32,000 nt of DNA from Pseudothioglobus sp. nBUS_23 (GTDB taxonomy: Bacteria; Pseudomonadota; Gammaproteobacteria; PS1; Pseudothioglobaceae): contig NZ_CP179200.1 in assembly GCF_051201565.1 (NCBI RefSeq), forward strand, positions 1,350,001 through 1,382,000, read 5' to 3'. How positions within the stretch are numbered: position 1 is the first letter of the stretch; every line of letters starts with the position of its first letter. Below the pieces are notes generated by a model that saw only the letters and a list, made by a program, of their open reading frames with translations, did no database searches and was not told the DNA's origin. This document shows positions 12,265 through 21,259 of the stretch, one piece after another. A program made the translations under genes and the position numbers.

Positions 12265-12293
12265 ATTATCCCATAACTATTTATTCATAGCAA
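12265..12293 (-). promoter_or_regulatory. Putative sigma70 promoter of the tRNA-Tyr/Gly/Thr-tuf operon
   Basis: The minus strand reads TTGCTA (12293..12288), a 17-nt spacer, then GATAAT (12270..12265), about 16 nt upstream of the mature tRNA-Tyr 5' end. Confidence 0.5.
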
Positions 12294-12328
12294 GGATTAA
12301 ATAAGCTAAAAATGAGGTTTAAAAATCT

Positions 12329-13555
12329 TTATTTCAAGCGTGACACACCGCTTTTTAATGCAGCATCATAAATCGCCTTTGGAATGAGATCAATGAGTCT
12401 TGGATCAAAAGGTTTTGGAATGAAATAATCTGCACCAAATCTGAGCTCATCAACTTGATACATTTCTAGTAAAGATTCAGGTACTGGAAGTTTTGCAAGG
12501 TCTTTAATAGCATGCACAGCTGCAACTTTCATTTCAGTATTGATAATCTTGGAATTAGCATCTAACGCTCCCCTAAAAATATAGGGGAAACCAATCACAT
12601 TATTCACCTGATTTGGAAAATCACTCCTCCCAGTAGCCATGACAGCATCATCTCTACATGCAAAAACTTCCTCCACTGAAATTTCAGGATCAGGATTAGA
12701 CAAAGCAAAAATAATGGGCTTTTTCGCCATGGATTTAATCATTTCTTGAGTAACAAGATTACCTCTCGCAACACCAATAAAGACATCTGCGCCATTAATT
12801 GCATCACCCAAAGTTTTTTTATCTGTATCTACTGCAAAAGCTGACTTGTATTTATTAACGATGCTAATTTGCTCTTTAGAGACAACGCCTCTTCGATCAA
12901 CCAAAAGCATATTTTCTTTTTTAAATCCTAGGCTGACTAATAAATCTAAAGTTGCTATCCCAGCAGAACCTCCTCCAGCAACAACAACCTTCGCAGCAGT
13001 AATAGACTTTCCTTGAATTTCAAGAGCATTTAAAAGACCAGCTGCAACAATAATGGCAGTACCATGTTGATCATCATGGAAAACTGGGATGTCTAACTCT
13101 TTAATGAGTCGCTCTTCAATTTCAAAACAGCGAGGAGCAGAAATATCTTCCAAATTAATGCCGCCAAAAGTAGGTGCAATATTTTTAATCGTGCTAACAA
13201 TTTCATCAACTTCTTGAGTATCAAGCTCAATATTGAAAGCATTAATATTTGCAAAGTATTTGAAGAGCACTGCCTTTCCTTCCATCACAGGCTTTGCAGC
13301 AAGAGGGCCGACATTTCCAAGCCCTAAAACAGCTGAACCATCAGTGATAACTGCTACTAAATTACCCTTAATTGTATATTGATTAACTTGACTAGGGTCT
13401 TTAGCAATTTCTCGAACGGGTGCCGCAACCCCGGGGCTGTAGGCTAAACTGAGATCTTGATCATTATCAAGTTTTTTGTGAGAGGAGACATCAATCTTTC
13501 CGGGACTACCTTCTTTATGATAGGCTAAAGCCATATCATGGATATTTTTTGACAT
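12329..13555 (-). CDS. NAD(P)-dependent malic enzyme (short form, no phosphotransacetylase-like domain)
   Basis: 408 aa. LAYSPGVAAPVREIAKDP, AVITDGSAVLGLGNVGPLAAKPVMEGKAVLFK and VVAGGGSAGIA match the N-terminal catalytic half of MaeB-type malic enzymes. Confidence 0.9.
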   Translation of the reverse strand: MSKNIHDMALAYHKEGSPGKIDVSSHKKLDNDQDLSLAYSPGVAAPVREIAKDPSQVNQYTIKGNLVAVITDGSAVLGLGNVGPLAAKPVMEGKAVLFKYFANINAFNIELDTQEVDEIVSTIKNIAPTFGGINLEDISAPRCFEIEERLIKELDIPVFHDDQHGTAIIVAAGLLNALEIQGKSITAAKVVVAGGGSAGIATLDLLVSLGFKKENMLLVDRRGVVSKEQISIVNKYKSAFAVDTDKKTLGDAINGADVFIGVARGNLVTQEMIKSMAKKPIIFALSNPDPEISVEEVFACRDDAVMATGRSDFPNQVNNVIGFPYIFRGALDANSKIINTEMKVAAVHAIKDLAKLPVPESLLEMYQVDELRFGADYFIPKPFDPRLIDLIPKAIYDAALKSGVSRLK

Positions 13556-13580
13556 TATGTGTTTTTTTTATTGAGTAATT

Positions 13581-14513
13581 TTAGTTGATGAACTCTTCAC
13601 CGATTTTGATATCCGACTTGAGAGTTTCCAAGGCATCATTAAGTGTTGCCTGTTCAAACTCTGAAAGACTTCCATAACTGAGTATTTTTTCAACACCATT
13701 CTTGCCCAAAAGAACTGGCTGGGCAAAAAATCTTGCCAACTCCCCAGAACCCTCAACATAAGTGCACTCAATTACATCTTTTTCGCCATTCAATGCTCGA
13801 ACTAGAGAAAGGCCAAACTTTGCAGCAGCCTGCCCCATTGATAGAGTTGCCGATCCACCTCCAGCTTTAGCCTCAACAACCTCAGTGCCTGCATTCTGAA
13901 TGCGCTTTGTCATTGCAGCTGCATCTTCAACACTGAATTTAAATCCAGACTGAGATAAAAGAGGTAGAATTGTGATTCCAGAATGTCCGCCTATAACAGG
14001 GACACTGATCTCTTTAGGATTCCTGTCATATATCTCAGCAACAAAAGTACTTGAGCGAATAACATCAAGTGTCGTAACTCCAAATAATCTTAAAGGATCA
14101 TAAACTCCTTTTTTCTTTAACACTTCAGCAGCAATTGCAACAGTTGTATTAACAGGATTAGTAATAATACCGATCAAAGCTTTTGGACAATTAACCGCGC
14201 AAGAAGACACTAAATTTTCTACAATCCCAGCATTAATATTAAAAAGATCGGAACGATCCATTCCTGGTTTGCGTGCCATACCAGCAGAAATGAGAACAAC
14301 GTCAGCATTTACCAGTGCAGGGGAAGGGTCCTCTCCTGAAAAGCCCTTGACTGAAACAGGTGTTGGGATGTGACTCAGGTCTGCAGCCACGCCAGGAGTC
14401 ACTGGTGCAATATCATATAATGCCAATTCAGTTCCCGCTGGCAAATCAGTTTTAAGTAAAAGGCCAAGTGCCTGTCCAATTCCTCCGGCTGCTCCAAGTA
14501 CAACTACTTTCAT
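13581..14513 (-). CDS. mdh: Malate dehydrogenase
   Basis: [51 protein letters not shown].. is collinear with E. coli Mdh ([51 protein letters not shown]). GGGAGA SD. Confidence 0.97.
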   Translation of the reverse strand: MKVVVLGAAGGIGQALGLLLKTDLPAGTELALYDIAPVTPGVAADLSHIPTPVSVKGFSGEDPSPALVNADVVLISAGMARKPGMDRSDLFNINAGIVENLVSSCAVNCPKALIGIITNPVNTTVAIAAEVLKKKGVYDPLRLFGVTTLDVIRSSTFVAEIYDRNPKEISVPVIGGHSGITILPLLSQSGFKFSVEDAAAMTKRIQNAGTEVVEAKAGGGSATLSMGQAAAKFGLSLVRALNGEKDVIECTYVEGSGELARFFAQPVLLGKNGVEKILSYGSLSEFEQATLNDALETLKSDIKIGEEFIN

Positions 14514-14541
14514 TTTATCTCCCTGTAATATTTAGATATAT

Positions 14542-15264
14542 TTATAAAATTTTATTCATTGCAGCAATATTGCTAACTGAAATCTCTTTTGGACAAACGG
14601 TTTCACAATGACGGTGATTAGAACAACTTCCAAAACCTTCTTGCTCCATCTGGTTAATCATCCTTTCTGCGCGCATTGTACTCTCAATTTTTCCCTGCGG
14701 TAATCGCTGAAAATGATTTATTTTTGCAGCTACAAATAATGAAGCTGAAGCATTCGGACATACCGCGACGCATGCACCACAGCCGATACAAATGGCTGAA
14801 TCAAATGCACAATCAGCATCCTCTTTGTTAACTAATTGTGAATTTGCTTCAGGCGCTGAGCCAACAGAAGTGGAGATAAAACCACCCGATTGAATAATTC
14901 TATCAAAAGCCTCTCTCTTAACTGCCAAATCTTTAACAATTGGAAAACTTTTAGCTCGCCATGGCTCAATCCATAACTCAGATTGATCAGCATAATCTCT
15001 CATGTAAAGTTGGCACGTTGTCGTGGCCTTCTTCTCACCATGAGGATGCCCATTGATAACCAAAGAACAAGTACCACAAATCCCTTCCCGGCAGTCATAA
15101 TCAAATACAACACAGTCCTCACCTTTTTCGATCAGGTCTTCATTCAGCTGATCGAGCATTTCAAGAAAAGAGGTATCACTATCAATGTCAGTCACATTGT
15201 AAGTGACAAACTGGCCACTGGAATTAGTATTTTTTTGGCGCCAAATATGTAATGTAAAATTCAT
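14542..15264 (-). CDS. sdhB: Succinate dehydrogenase/fumarate reductase iron-sulfur subunit
   Basis: 240 aa with three Cys clusters ([10 protein letters not shown]; [12 protein letters not shown]; [12 protein letters not shown]). ATGA overlap with the sdhA stop. Confidence 0.93.
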   Translation of the reverse strand: MNFTLHIWRQKNTNSSGQFVTYNVTDIDSDTSFLEMLDQLNEDLIEKGEDCVVFDYDCREGICGTCSLVINGHPHGEKKATTTCQLYMRDYADQSELWIEPWRAKSFPIVKDLAVKREAFDRIIQSGGFISTSVGSAPEANSQLVNKEDADCAFDSAICIGCGACVAVCPNASASLFVAAKINHFQRLPQGKIESTMRAERMINQMEQEGFGSCSNHRHCETVCPKEISVSNIAAMNKIL

Positions 15265-17189
15265 TTATAGTCCCTGTAAGTGGGTTTAATAAACTCAAAA
15301 TCAAGGTGCTCTTTGTGAAGAGTGGGCTCATTTTCATTAAACTCCCAGGCTGCAACATAGCCAAAATTTTTATCGTCTCTCATTGCATCGCCACTCTCTG
15401 CTAAATACTCAAGCCTTGCATGCGCGCCACAAGACTCTTCCCTGTCAAGTGCATCGACACACATTAAATGACCTAACTCAATAAAATCAGCCACCCTCCC
15501 AGCCTTTTCAAGAGTCTGATTAAAATCATTATCGCTACCAGTCACTTTGATATTCTTCCAAAAATCAATCTTTATTTGCTCAATTGATTTGATGGCTTTT
15601 TTAAGGGAATCCTTGTCTCTTGCCATTCCACATGAAGTCCACAAAATACTGCCTATTTTTCTATGAAAATAGTCTGGAGAATGTTTTGGTTCTGGAGCAT
15701 TCATTAGACTTTCAATACGATTTTTGACTGATTCAACGGAAGAAATAACTTCTGGATGGTCATGAGAAATTTCATCAAACTTTCCTTTTGCAAGATAGTT
15801 AGCAACAGTCTGAGGGGCAACAAAATAACCATCAGCCAAGCCTTGCATCAGAGCTGATGCACCAAGTCTGTTGGCTCCATGATCAGAAAAATTTGCCTCT
15901 CCACAGGCAAACAATCCATCAATTGTTGTCATTAAGTTGTAATCCACCCAAAGTCCACCCATAGTATAGTGCGGTGCAGGATAAATTTTCATAGGAACCT
16001 CGTAAGGATTCTCTCCTGTAATACTCTCGTACATGTCAAATAGATTCCCGTACTTCTCTTTAACTTTTTCAGCCCCAATTTTTTGTATGACTGATGAAAA
16101 ATCTAAGTAAACACCAAGGCGCTGATTATTGACAACAGAACCAACACCACGTCCCTCATCACAAATTCCCTTGAGTGCCCTTGAGGCTATATCTCTAGGC
16201 ACAAGGTTTGCAAAAGCAGGGTACATTCGCTCAAGAAAATAATCCCTATCCTTATCTGGAATATGATTGGGGTTTTTATCACAATCTTCTATGTTTTTAG
16301 GCGCCCAAATGCGACCATCATTTCTGAGTGATTCACTCATTAATGTTAATTTTGATTGGCTGTCTCCAGTTGGTGGAACACAAGTTGGATGAATTTGAGT
16401 AAAACTTGGATTAGCAAAGTAGGCTCCATTTTTGTGGGCTCTCCAAGTGGCAGATGTATTACATCCTTTGGCATTCGTTGAAAGATAGTAAGCATTACTA
16501 TAGCCTCCAGTGCACATCACAACGCAATCAGCCAGATGTGAAGAGATCTCTCCTGTCATCAAATCTCTAACAACAATGCCTCTGGCCTTGCCATCAATAA
16601 TAATCACCTCAAGCATTTCACACCTAGACTTATGCTTCACTCGTCCTGAGGCAATCTCTTTACTCATTGAACTATATGCTCCCAACAAGAGCTGCTGACC
16701 AGTTTGCCCTCTAGCATAAAAGGTTCTAGAAACCTGAGTACCCCCAAAGGATCGATTAGCTAAATAACCACTATACTCCCTTGCGAAAGGAACGCCCTGA
16801 GAAACTGCTTGGTCAATAATGTTGCAACTGAGCTGAGCTAAGCGATAGATATTAGACTCTCTTGCACGAAAATCACCACCTTTAATCGTGTCATAAAAGA
16901 GCCTCCAAGTACTATCACCATCATTTTGATAATTCTTGCTAGCATTGACACCACCTTGCGCAGCAATAGAGTGCGCCCTTCTAGGACTGTCATTGTAACA
17001 AAATGACTGTACGTTATAGCCAGCCTCTCCCAGTGTTGCACAAAGCGAAGCCCCAGCTAAACCGGTTCCAATAACTATAATGTTGTATTTTTTTCTATTT
17101 TGAGGCGCAATAAGTGAAAGATCGAACTTGTGTTTCTCCCATCGATTCTCTAGAGGTCCTGTTGGCGCATTTGAGTTAAGCTTATCCAT
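15261..17189 (-). CDS. sdhA: Succinate dehydrogenase/fumarate reductase flavoprotein subunit (long B. subtilis/Bacteroidetes-like type)
   Basis: 642 aa. FAD dinucleotide fold [12 protein letters not shown], covalent-FAD His motif [16 protein letters not shown], and an N-terminal extension typical of the sdhCAB (type B) family. Confidence 0.95.
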   Translation of the reverse strand: MDKLNSNAPTGPLENRWEKHKFDLSLIAPQNRKKYNIIVIGTGLAGASLCATLGEAGYNVQSFCYNDSPRRAHSIAAQGGVNASKNYQNDGDSTWRLFYDTIKGGDFRARESNIYRLAQLSCNIIDQAVSQGVPFAREYSGYLANRSFGGTQVSRTFYARGQTGQQLLLGAYSSMSKEIASGRVKHKSRCEMLEVIIIDGKARGIVVRDLMTGEISSHLADCVVMCTGGYSNAYYLSTNAKGCNTSATWRAHKNGAYFANPSFTQIHPTCVPPTGDSQSKLTLMSESLRNDGRIWAPKNIEDCDKNPNHIPDKDRDYFLERMYPAFANLVPRDIASRALKGICDEGRGVGSVVNNQRLGVYLDFSSVIQKIGAEKVKEKYGNLFDMYESITGENPYEVPMKIYPAPHYTMGGLWVDYNLMTTIDGLFACGEANFSDHGANRLGASALMQGLADGYFVAPQTVANYLAKGKFDEISHDHPEVISSVESVKNRIESLMNAPEPKHSPDYFHRKIGSILWTSCGMARDKDSLKKAIKSIEQIKIDFWKNIKVTGSDNDFNQTLEKAGRVADFIELGHLMCVDALDREESCGAHARLEYLAESGDAMRDDKNFGYVAAWEFNENEPTLHKEHLDFEFIKPTYRDYK

Positions 17190-17781
17190 ATAAAACTCCT
17201 AAGGGGATTGAAGCATAACCTGCAAGGATAAGAAGAACAATTACCAGTGCCGCCCCCTTGTGCTGTTTGCTTGAGATACCTAAAGTTTGAAGAACATTAG
17301 TTAGTCCATGATGCAAATGAGTTGAGATTGCAATCATCCCCAACCCATATATTGCCAACATAATTGGACTCTGAAAGATATTTTGAATTTCACTATACAA
17401 GTCGACAGTATTTATTGAAAGCATCTGAAGTGTGTGAGTTATTATGAAAACTAAGATAATAGTTGCACCGGACCAAGCAATAATTCTTGGCACTGCCTTC
17501 GGATAGGGCTTTTTATATCGGTCACCAGAGCTAATATTATTGGATAACTGTCTAGTCACTGCAACAAAAACGTGAAAAGCAAGGGTCAACAATAACAAAA
17601 TAGCCAAGATTGGATAAAAAATTGAACCGTTAAACCAGAGATAAAAAGCGGTAAATACCTTTTCACCAGAGTGAAAAGTTAAAGCCCCAAATAGATAGAG
17701 TACTAAGAAAAAAAACCAAAATAATCCAGCTATTGCCATCATTTTTTTTAGACTAACAGTGCGATTGTTAATTAAGTTCAT
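17182..17781 (-). CDS. sdhC: Succinate dehydrogenase/fumarate reductase cytochrome b subunit (single 5-helix anchor, b558-like)
   Basis: Five predicted TM helices with His residues in the helices (AFHVF, ITHTL, STHLHHG). It overlaps the sdhA start by 8 nt. The ORF track begins at a TTG (17805). I prefer the ATG at 17781 ([20 protein letters not shown]..) by analogy to N-termini of this family. The start is uncertain. Confidence 0.8.
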   Translation of the reverse strand: MNLINNRTVSLKKMMAIAGLFWFFFLVLYLFGALTFHSGEKVFTAFYLWFNGSIFYPILAILLLLTLAFHVFVAVTRQLSNNISSGDRYKKPYPKAVPRIIAWSGATIILVFIITHTLQMLSINTVDLYSEIQNIFQSPIMLAIYGLGMIAISTHLHHGLTNVLQTLGISSKQHKGAALVIVLLILAGYASIPLGVLYG

Positions 17782-18047
17782 CGAATTTTTGACGTGGATA
17801 GACAAATGCTTGCAAGCATCACTGGATGAAGAAGGAATCGATATTGTTTGGAGCCCTCTAATTCTTCCTCAATTGAAGTTTTTACAATTTTATGATAGCT
17901 TTTATTGTTCACCGAATAACAATTTATCTACTAAGGACAACATTATATTTTATAAGACGGTGAATTTTAGTCTTTAATTATGTTTTTTAGATGAAGAATT
18001 CATCTTAAACAGTAAAAAATTTCATATCCTGAAGTTTTAGCTTTCAG

Positions 18048-19388
18048 TCAGATATCGAGATAACTCTCCAGAGAGTCATCTAATGCCTTAAGCCATGGTG
18101 TGTGGTGAGGCGGTGACTGAGTTCCTGTCATGAGTGAAGCATGAGATTTATCTCTAAAAGTCATAATGCCATCTTTCTTATTATGTTTCCAGTCCATGAA
18201 AGTTCTATTGACGCCCTCGATATCAAAATTTGGGTAATCAGTTTCATCGATAAGCATCTGAGTATAAGCGCCCTGAAAGTCGATTGCATATGCCACATCA
18301 TCTTGTGCGGTCTCTTTTTGATGCCACTCAAGCGTGTGAGCCTGCATTTCAGTAAAAGAGGGCAAAGTAATTTTATTTAAAATAACGTCCCTTGCATACC
18401 AAGCCTGAGCATCAAACATATTAAATGTGTACCATTGATCTTGCATGCCAAGGTACATTAGTTGAGGATTTTTTTCCCATACAACCCCTTTATAAAGACC
18501 CAATGGATAGAGAATATTATTTGTCTTTAATCTTAAACTATCGGGCAGGAAAGGAAAGTGATGAAGATAGCCAGTACAAAGAATAATTGAATCAACGTCT
18601 TTTGACGTGCCATCAGCAAAAAAAGCAGTATTACCCTCAACTCTCTCTAGAGCTGGTTTTTCTTCCCAATTCTCTGGCCATCCAAAACCCATTGGCGCTG
18701 TTCTGTAACTACTTGTTATAGATTTAGCTCCATATTTATAACACTGAGATCCGATATCCTCAGCAGAGTAGCTACTCCCAATAACCAAAATATCTTGATC
18801 CTTAAACTCTAGAGCGTCTCTAAAATCATGTGCGTGCAATATCCTGCCATTAAAATGGCTAAATCCCTCATAATTTGGAACATTAGGCGTAGAAAAATGT
18901 CCACTTGCAACAATGACGTAATCAAATTCTTCAGAGTAAGTTTCATCATCAACAAGGTTGCTTACAGTAACCATAAATTTTTCACTTGACTCATCATAAT
19001 CTACATTTCGAACAGATGAATTGAAACGAATCATCTCGCGAACTTTTGCTTTTTCTACTCTTCCCTGTATGTAGTCAAACAAAACTTCTCGTGGTGGAAA
19101 AGATGCAATTGCATGCCCAAAATGCTCTTCAAAATAATAGTCAGCAAACTCCAAGCACTCCTTTGGCCCATTAGACCACAAATACCTATACATGCTACCA
19201 TGAGCAATTTCACCATGCTCATCAAGTCCTGTCCTCCAGCTATAGTTCCATAAGCCGCCCCAGTTATCTTGCTTCTCAAAACAGACAATTTCTGGGATTG
19301 TTTCTCCCTTTTCTTCAGCAGATTTAAAAGCCCTGAGCTGGGCAAGACCACTAGGCCCAGCACCAATAATTGCAACCCTCATCTTCAT
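18048..19388 (-). CDS. tmm: Flavin-containing monooxygenase of the bacterial trimethylamine monooxygenase (Tmm / Methylophaga mFMO) family
   Basis: 446 aa. FAD motif GAGPSG, FMO motif [16 protein letters not shown] motif GSSYSAED. Long collinear blocks resemble characterised bacterial FMO/Tmm as I recall them ([46 protein letters not shown]; ILCTGY.HHFPFL; HHTPW..ALDDSLE.YL). Strong SD AAAGGAGA 5 nt before the ATG at 19388. Confidence 0.88.
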   Translation of the reverse strand: MKMRVAIIGAGPSGLAQLRAFKSAEEKGETIPEIVCFEKQDNWGGLWNYSWRTGLDEHGEIAHGSMYRYLWSNGPKECLEFADYYFEEHFGHAIASFPPREVLFDYIQGRVEKAKVREMIRFNSSVRNVDYDESSEKFMVTVSNLVDDETYSEEFDYVIVASGHFSTPNVPNYEGFSHFNGRILHAHDFRDALEFKDQDILVIGSSYSAEDIGSQCYKYGAKSITSSYRTAPMGFGWPENWEEKPALERVEGNTAFFADGTSKDVDSIILCTGYLHHFPFLPDSLRLKTNNILYPLGLYKGVVWEKNPQLMYLGMQDQWYTFNMFDAQAWYARDVILNKITLPSFTEMQAHTLEWHQKETAQDDVAYAIDFQGAYTQMLIDETDYPNFDIEGVNRTFMDWKHNKKDGIMTFRDKSHASLMTGTQSPPHHTPWLKALDDSLESYLDI

Positions 19389-19415
19389 TGATTCTCCTTT
19401 TATATAATCCCAATA

Positions 19416-19441
19416 AATAACCTTATAATTTTAAGGTTATT
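19416..19441. repeat. Perfect 10-bp inverted repeat AATAACCTTA-N6-TAAGGTTATT in the tmm/mraZ divergent region
   Basis: Read directly from the sequence. The arms are exact reverse complements with a 6-nt spacer. It lies 28-53 nt upstream of the tmm ATG. Confidence 0.8.
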
Positions 19442-19449
19442 GAAAGAAT

Positions 19450-19478
19450 TTTATAACACCATTGATAGTCATTCTAAA
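19450..19478 (-). promoter_or_regulatory. Putative tmm promoter (extended -10)
   Basis: The minus strand reads TTTAGA (19478..19473), a 17-nt spacer, then TGTTATAAA (TG-extended -10, hexamer 19455..19450). This would place the inverted repeat at about +2 to +27 of the transcript. Confidence 0.3.
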
Positions 19479-19534
19479 TAAATTTAAATAAAAAATTACT
19501 GAATTTAATAAAAAATCAGTAAGAGGCTATAAAG

Positions 19535-19568
19535 TGGAAAATATTGGGAAATAATGGTATAAAATGGG
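19535..19568 (+). promoter_or_regulatory. Array of four 10-bp-phased TGGN boxes (putative MraZ operator)
   Basis: TGGA at 19535, TGGG at 19545, TGGT at 19555 and TGGG at 19565, with exactly 10 bp centre to centre. The array starts immediately downstream of a TATAAA hexamer (19528..19533; possible -35 TTAATA at 19505..19510). E. coli MraZ binds TGGGN repeats with 5-nt spacers at the same relative position. Confidence 0.55.
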
Positions 19569-19572
19569 TTTT

Positions 19573-20025
19573 ATGTATCGGGGAATTCATCTTCTATCTA
19601 TAGACTCAAAAGGGAGGTTAAAGATTCCTGCCCGTCACCTGGAGCAAGTCCAAAGCAATTCCTCTGGAAAAATGGTTTTGAGTGTCCATCCAGATGATTC
19701 ATGCCTAGTCCTTTATTCTTTGAAAGACTGGGAGAAGCTTGAACTTAAGATAGGAGAGCTACCCTCTTTAAATGTTCACACTAAAAAACTGGCCAGAAAA
19801 CTCATTGGTCATGCATGTGAATGTGATCTTGATAAGTTTGGAAGAATTCTTATTCCTAGTTCTCATATTAAGTATGCAAATCTAGTGAATAAAGCAATTC
19901 TAAGTGGCCAAGGTAAGAGCTTCGAAATTTGGGATGAAAGGACCTGGAAAGATCAAATTGAAAAACTTGACAGGCTCAGCAATGAGCAAGAGATACCCCA
20001 ACAAGTCTCATCACTCTCTCTTTAG
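19573..20025 (+). CDS. mraZ: Transcriptional regulator MraZ
   Basis: MYRGIHLLSIDSKGRLKIPARH.. aligns with E. coli [22 protein letters not shown]. A second DxxxR-type half is present (LDKFGRILIPSSH). The ORF-track ATG at 19564 adds MGF and overlaps the fourth TGGG box. 19573 is preferred by homology, and neither start has an SD. Confidence 0.9.
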   Translation: MYRGIHLLSIDSKGRLKIPARHLEQVQSNSSGKMVLSVHPDDSCLVLYSLKDWEKLELKIGELPSLNVHTKKLARKLIGHACECDLDKFGRILIPSSHIKYANLVNKAILSGQGKSFEIWDERTWKDQIEKLDRLSNEQEIPQQVSSLSL

Positions 20026-20048
20026 TTGAATGTTATTGTGTATGAAGA

Positions 20049-20984
20049 ATGCATGACAAAAAAAAATCAGATCATCATGATTCAGTTCTTTTTGATGAAG
20101 CCATCAATGCATTAAGTATTAAGTCAAACGGCATTTATATCGATGCAACCTTAGGACGAGGAGGTCACACTCAAGGAATACTCAGTAGTCTTAAAAAATC
20201 AGGAAAAGTTATAGGCTTTGATCAAGACATTGAAGCCATTAAATATGCAAAAAAAAATATCCCTGATTCTCGATTAAGCTTAATTCATAGTAACTTTTCA
20301 AGTCTTAATGAACAACTTGATCAATTAAAATTAATTGGGGAAATTGATGGCATCTTAATGGACCTTGGTATCTCCTCGCCTCAGATAGATAATGCTGATA
20401 GAGGATTTAGTTTTAATAAAGATGGAGCTCTTGACATGAGAATGGACCAATCGCAAAAAATGACTGCTGCGATTTGGCTCAGAGAGAGCAGCGAAAAGGA
20501 AATTGCTGATGCACTATATCAATTTGGTGAGGAAAAAAGAAGTCGGATTATTGCATCAACTATTAAAGAATATCAAAAAACTAAAAACTTAGATTCGACT
20601 CTTGAGCTTGCAGACCTCATTAAAAGTGTAGTAAAGCCTAGTAAAAATAAACACCCTGCCACTCGCACGTTCCAAGCAATAAGAATAGCAATTAACGATG
20701 AACTGAAAATGCTTTCACAGACTCTTGATCAAACCATTAATGCGCTGAAAAAAGATGGAAGACTTGTAGTCATTACATTTCACTCAATTGAAGATAGAAT
20801 CGTCAAACAATTTATTCATAAACATTCTCGTCCAAAACAACTTCCAAAAGGTCTGCCAATTATTTCTAATAATAGTCATCATCTCTCTTTTAAGGATCTT
20901 GGAAAAGTTAAACCTTCAAGTGAGGAGATCAAAATCAATAGAAGAGCCAGAAGTGCAATACTCAGAATAGTCGAAAAATGTTAG
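20049..20984 (+). CDS. rsmH: 16S rRNA (cytosine1402-N4)-methyltransferase RsmH (MraW)
   Basis: HDSVLFDEAINALSIKSNGIYIDATLGRGGHTQGIL parallels E. coli [36 protein letters not shown]. Canonical position after mraZ. Confidence 0.95.
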   Translation: MHDKKKSDHHDSVLFDEAINALSIKSNGIYIDATLGRGGHTQGILSSLKKSGKVIGFDQDIEAIKYAKKNIPDSRLSLIHSNFSSLNEQLDQLKLIGEIDGILMDLGISSPQIDNADRGFSFNKDGALDMRMDQSQKMTAAIWLRESSEKEIADALYQFGEEKRSRIIASTIKEYQKTKNLDSTLELADLIKSVVKPSKNKHPATRTFQAIRIAINDELKMLSQTLDQTINALKKDGRLVVITFHSIEDRIVKQFIHKHSRPKQLPKGLPIISNNSHHLSFKDLGKVKPSSEEIKINRRARSAILRIVEKC

Positions 20985-21259
20985 TAATATTTCAAAGAAA
21001 GCTAGTGATTAATTTTATTCTAATTATTTCAATCATAGCGTTATCAATACTCAGTATTCACTGGCATCATGAAATGTACTTGCTTCATAGAGAGGAAAAA
21101 ACTCTTAAAGCAGAAAATGAAAAAATAAACGCTCTTAATAGGCAACTCTTGATGGAGTATTCCGAAATTCAAAGTGGAGTCAATGTCTACCAAAAATCGA
21201 AGGAAGAATTGATGATGTTCGTTCCTCTGGAGTCAGAATGGGAGGATGTCAGTATATGA
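20978..21259 (+). CDS. ftsL: Cell division protein FtsL
   Basis: 93 aa, a single N-terminal TM helix followed by a heptad-like coiled coil. It lies between rsmH (7-nt overlap) and ftsI (ATGA overlap). Assignment rests on architecture and synteny rather than sequence identity. Confidence 0.8.
   Translation: MLVIFQRKLVINFILIISIIALSILSIHWHHEMYLLHREEKTLKAENEKINALNRQLLMEYSEIQSGVNVYQKSKEELMMFVPLESEWEDVSI

Noticed and set aside
17759-17977. 72-aa plus-strand ORF in the sdhC-tmm spacer
   Set aside because: It overlaps the sdhC N-terminus antisense, is AT-rich and low in complexity, has no SD, and is most likely non-coding promoter/leader DNA.
17989-18005. Hairpin AGATGAA-GAA-TTCATCT as the tmm terminator
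   Set aside because: In the tmm (minus) orientation it is followed by an A-run, not a U-run, and has a 3-nt loop. It is not a convincing intrinsic terminator.
19055-19375. 106-aa minus-strand ORF overlapping the tmm 5' region in another frame
   Set aside because: It is nested in the strongly supported tmm frame and shows no independent signals or recognisable motifs.
20058-20066. A9 homopolymer in the first codons of rsmH as a possible phase-variation tract
   Set aside because: It encodes an in-frame Lys run. Similar A/T runs are frequent in this AT-rich sequence, and rsmH is a housekeeping gene with no rationale for phase variation.
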